Shown piece after piece: positions 40,181 through 42,137 of a stretch of DNA of 42,137 nt. The notes under the pieces were generated by a model. It ran no database searches and was not told the DNA's origin. It saw only the letters and a program-made list of their open reading frames with translations. The position numbers were made by a program, and so were the translations under genes. Source of the DNA: Candidatus Latescibacterota bacterium. GTDB taxonomy: Bacteria; Hydrothermota; Tepidihabitantia; Tepidihabitantales; CAIPLT01. The stretch is taken from contig JAGXRL010000045.1 in the NCBI GenBank assembly GCA_018335915.1, positions 1 through 42,137 on the forward strand. Reading direction: 5' to 3'. The stretch's first letter is position 1; the number at the start of each line of letters is the position of its first letter.

Positions 40181-40253
40181 TTGGTTGAAAGCTAAATCTG
40201 AATGATTGCATAAATAACCTGTAATTGGTCAAAAAATGACCAAAGGAGGCAGT

Positions 40254-41741
40254 ATGAGTAAAAATAAGTTGTTATTATTTGTAATCGCTCTTCCACTCGC
40301 GCTTTATGCGAACCTGCCAATAACTGCAAACGATTTCAATCTTGACCCCAATAATCGCGCCCAATGGGACACAACCATGATTTTTCAGGGCAGCGCGATC
40401 TTACGCCGGGTTGCGATTGGCAATCATATCAAAAGTGCGACTGATGATACAATGCGTATTTTTACGGTTCAGTCTGCTGGTACTCGGATGGTATTGCTTT
40501 TTACTGATATCTCCTCTGCACCACCCATGCAATGGAGAACCGATATTTTAGAAACTTCCAGTGCTGGATTTATGCAGGTTGGTATCGGTGATGTTGACCG
40601 CAATGGTATAAACGATTTGGTTTATGCCCGGTCGAGCACGCCTTATCGTTTAAAGCGAGCCTATTGGGATAATAATGACTGGGCTTATGATACAATAACA
40701 ACCATGACCGGTGCTTCTTGGGCAATGACTGTTGGCGATGCGGATAATGATGGTTACAATGACGACATTATTTACGCACAAGGAACCACTGCGAACTGCC
40801 GTTTAATGCATGCCCATTATAATGATTCGACCTGGGATATCTCACAGATTTGGGTCGGTGACGGCTCAACCATTCAAGGTGTTGCAATTGGTGATTTTGA
40901 TGTTGCCTATCCCGGCAATGAAATCGTCACGGTTGGTGGCGGTCGGGTTATGCGTATCCGTTGGACTGGCAGTGCCTGGGATACTCTGACTTTATGGCAA
41001 GTACCGGCTAGCGGCTCATTTTGTGCAGTCGCAATCGGCAATTTTGACTCGCAAAATCCAGGCAATGAAATTGCGGTCGGCAATGGATTGGGTTCAGGCA
41101 GCATGGCAATCGGTGCGGTTATAGAAATTTATGGAGCAGGCGATAGTTGGCAAGCCCGACCGGTTTTTACGCCTGATACCAATGAAAACTGCTGGGGTTT
41201 GGCAATTGGTGATTTTCTTTCAACTAATCCGGGCGAAGAGATCGTTAAAAGTGGTTCGTTCAGTTATTATGTGCGGGCAATCTGGGGTGCCGGTGACACC
41301 TGGAACAATGAAATTATGTTTGAATTACCTGGTTCTTCATACGGTGCCGCGGTCGGCAATATCAACAAACATCGACCCTACAATGATGAAATTGTCATCA
41401 CTGGCAATAACCAGGTTATTGAAGTCGAAGAGCACATCGCGCAGGGAATCGAAAATACATTAATCAACAAACCTCCTGTGACCGCATTGAAAATCATACC
41501 CAATCCAGCAAAAAACCGCGCTCATATCTATTACGCAGCGCCATCGCAAACATCAGTCGAAATAAAACTTTATAATGTGGTCGGTAAGTTGGTATATTCG
41601 GTGCAGATTCCAGAACTGGCGTCTCATTCATCAGAAAATGTCTTTACGCTTGATACAAAGCATCTGTCTGACGGAGTTTATTTGTTAAGATTTAAAGCAA
41701 TCAACACGGTTTTAACAAGGAAATTATTGATTACGCGATAA
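40254..41741 (+). CDS. secreted FG-GAP/VCBS repeat protein with T9SS-type C-terminal sorting domain
   Basis: SD GGAGG, signal peptide, repeats of AIGDFD...PGNEI, C-terminal PNP...YNVVGKLV...GVYLL...RKLLITR. Confidence 0.88.
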   Translation: MSKNKLLLFVIALPLALYANLPITANDFNLDPNNRAQWDTTMIFQGSAILRRVAIGNHIKSATDDTMRIFTVQSAGTRMVLLFTDISSAPPMQWRTDILETSSAGFMQVGIGDVDRNGINDLVYARSSTPYRLKRAYWDNNDWAYDTITTMTGASWAMTVGDADNDGYNDDIIYAQGTTANCRLMHAHYNDSTWDISQIWVGDGSTIQGVAIGDFDVAYPGNEIVTVGGGRVMRIRWTGSAWDTLTLWQVPASGSFCAVAIGNFDSQNPGNEIAVGNGLGSGSMAIGAVIEIYGAGDSWQARPVFTPDTNENCWGLAIGDFLSTNPGEEIVKSGSFSYYVRAIWGAGDTWNNEIMFELPGSSYGAAVGNINKHRPYNDEIVITGNNQVIEVEEHIAQGIENTLINKPPVTALKIIPNPAKNRAHIYYAAPSQTSVEIKLYNVVGKLVYSVQIPELASHSSENVFTLDTKHLSDGVYLLRFKAINTVLTRKLLITR

Positions 41742-41868
41742 AATACAACTGTGTATAAAAGGATATATGACGAAGTTTATTCTTGTTATTCTTTTGATTA
41801 TATCGGTTGTTTTTAATTTTGTTTAATTAATACATCCTAAAATAAAAACTAAAGAAAAAGGAGTAAAT

Positions 41869-42137
41869 ATGCCTGGATGTTTAAATGATATCCTGCCCGA
41901 GCCGGTCAGCGAACAAAACGAAAAGGTGATAATGGATTTGCTAAAACGAAAGATGTCGGCAAGCTGTGGTCTTGCCGTCCAACTTCTACATGCAATGGAA
42001 AAATGTTTTGGTCCGGAGGCGCGTGAAGTTGTCCGCGAAATGGCAAAAGAGCAGAAATATCCGCCCCGCGAAAATCAGGGCGAACCGAAACAAGACCTGC
42101 ATGAATTTTGTACGATGATTGATAAAGTTGCGGCGGG
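41869..42137 (+). CDS. partial CDS at window end; hypothetical, weakly resembling the ATC-hydrolase-like family
   Basis: SD AAGGAG, ATG at 41869, open to window end (MPGCLNDILPEP...MEKCFGPEAREVV). Confidence 0.7.
   Translation, partial: MPGCLNDILPEPVSEQNEKVIMDLLKRKMSASCGLAVQLLHAMEKCFGPEAREVVREMAKEQKYPPRENQGEPKQDLHEFCTMIDKVAA

Noticed and set aside
9469-41463. Many short ORFs overlapping identified genes
   Set aside because: They are shadow frames of well-supported genes with no recognisable motifs.

Overview
Mostly housekeeping chromosome of a moderately AT-rich diderm bacterium. The gene set (T9SS-type C-terminal sorting domain protein, parA-parB-M23, yicC-gmk-rpoZ-coaBC-dnaB-radA) resembles FCB-group candidate phyla such as WOR-3; this assignment is inference. 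The window opens with the 5' ~2.08 kb of a minus-strand 23S rRNA gene that has its own tandem promoters and boxA, with no 16S upstream. Core genes run to ~21.4 kb. An accessory stretch follows (AAA ATPase, putative nuclease, HD protein, cyclase-fold protein), then trpS-tnaA, a frameshifted methyltransferase, a TetR-controlled MMPL/LolA-like/outer-membrane/TPR operon and an FG-GAP surface protein. The least explained signals are non-coding: (1) an ungapped, ~78% identical element present twice in inverted orientation (8701-8870, 31981-32150) with conserved hairpins; (2) a candidate ~190-nt sRNA with its own promoter and two anti-Shine-Dalgarno motifs (8250-8443); (3) a family of ~9-bp-period repeats in many gene junctions, plus REP-like palindromes. 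No transposase, integrase, reverse transcriptase or CRISPR array is present.
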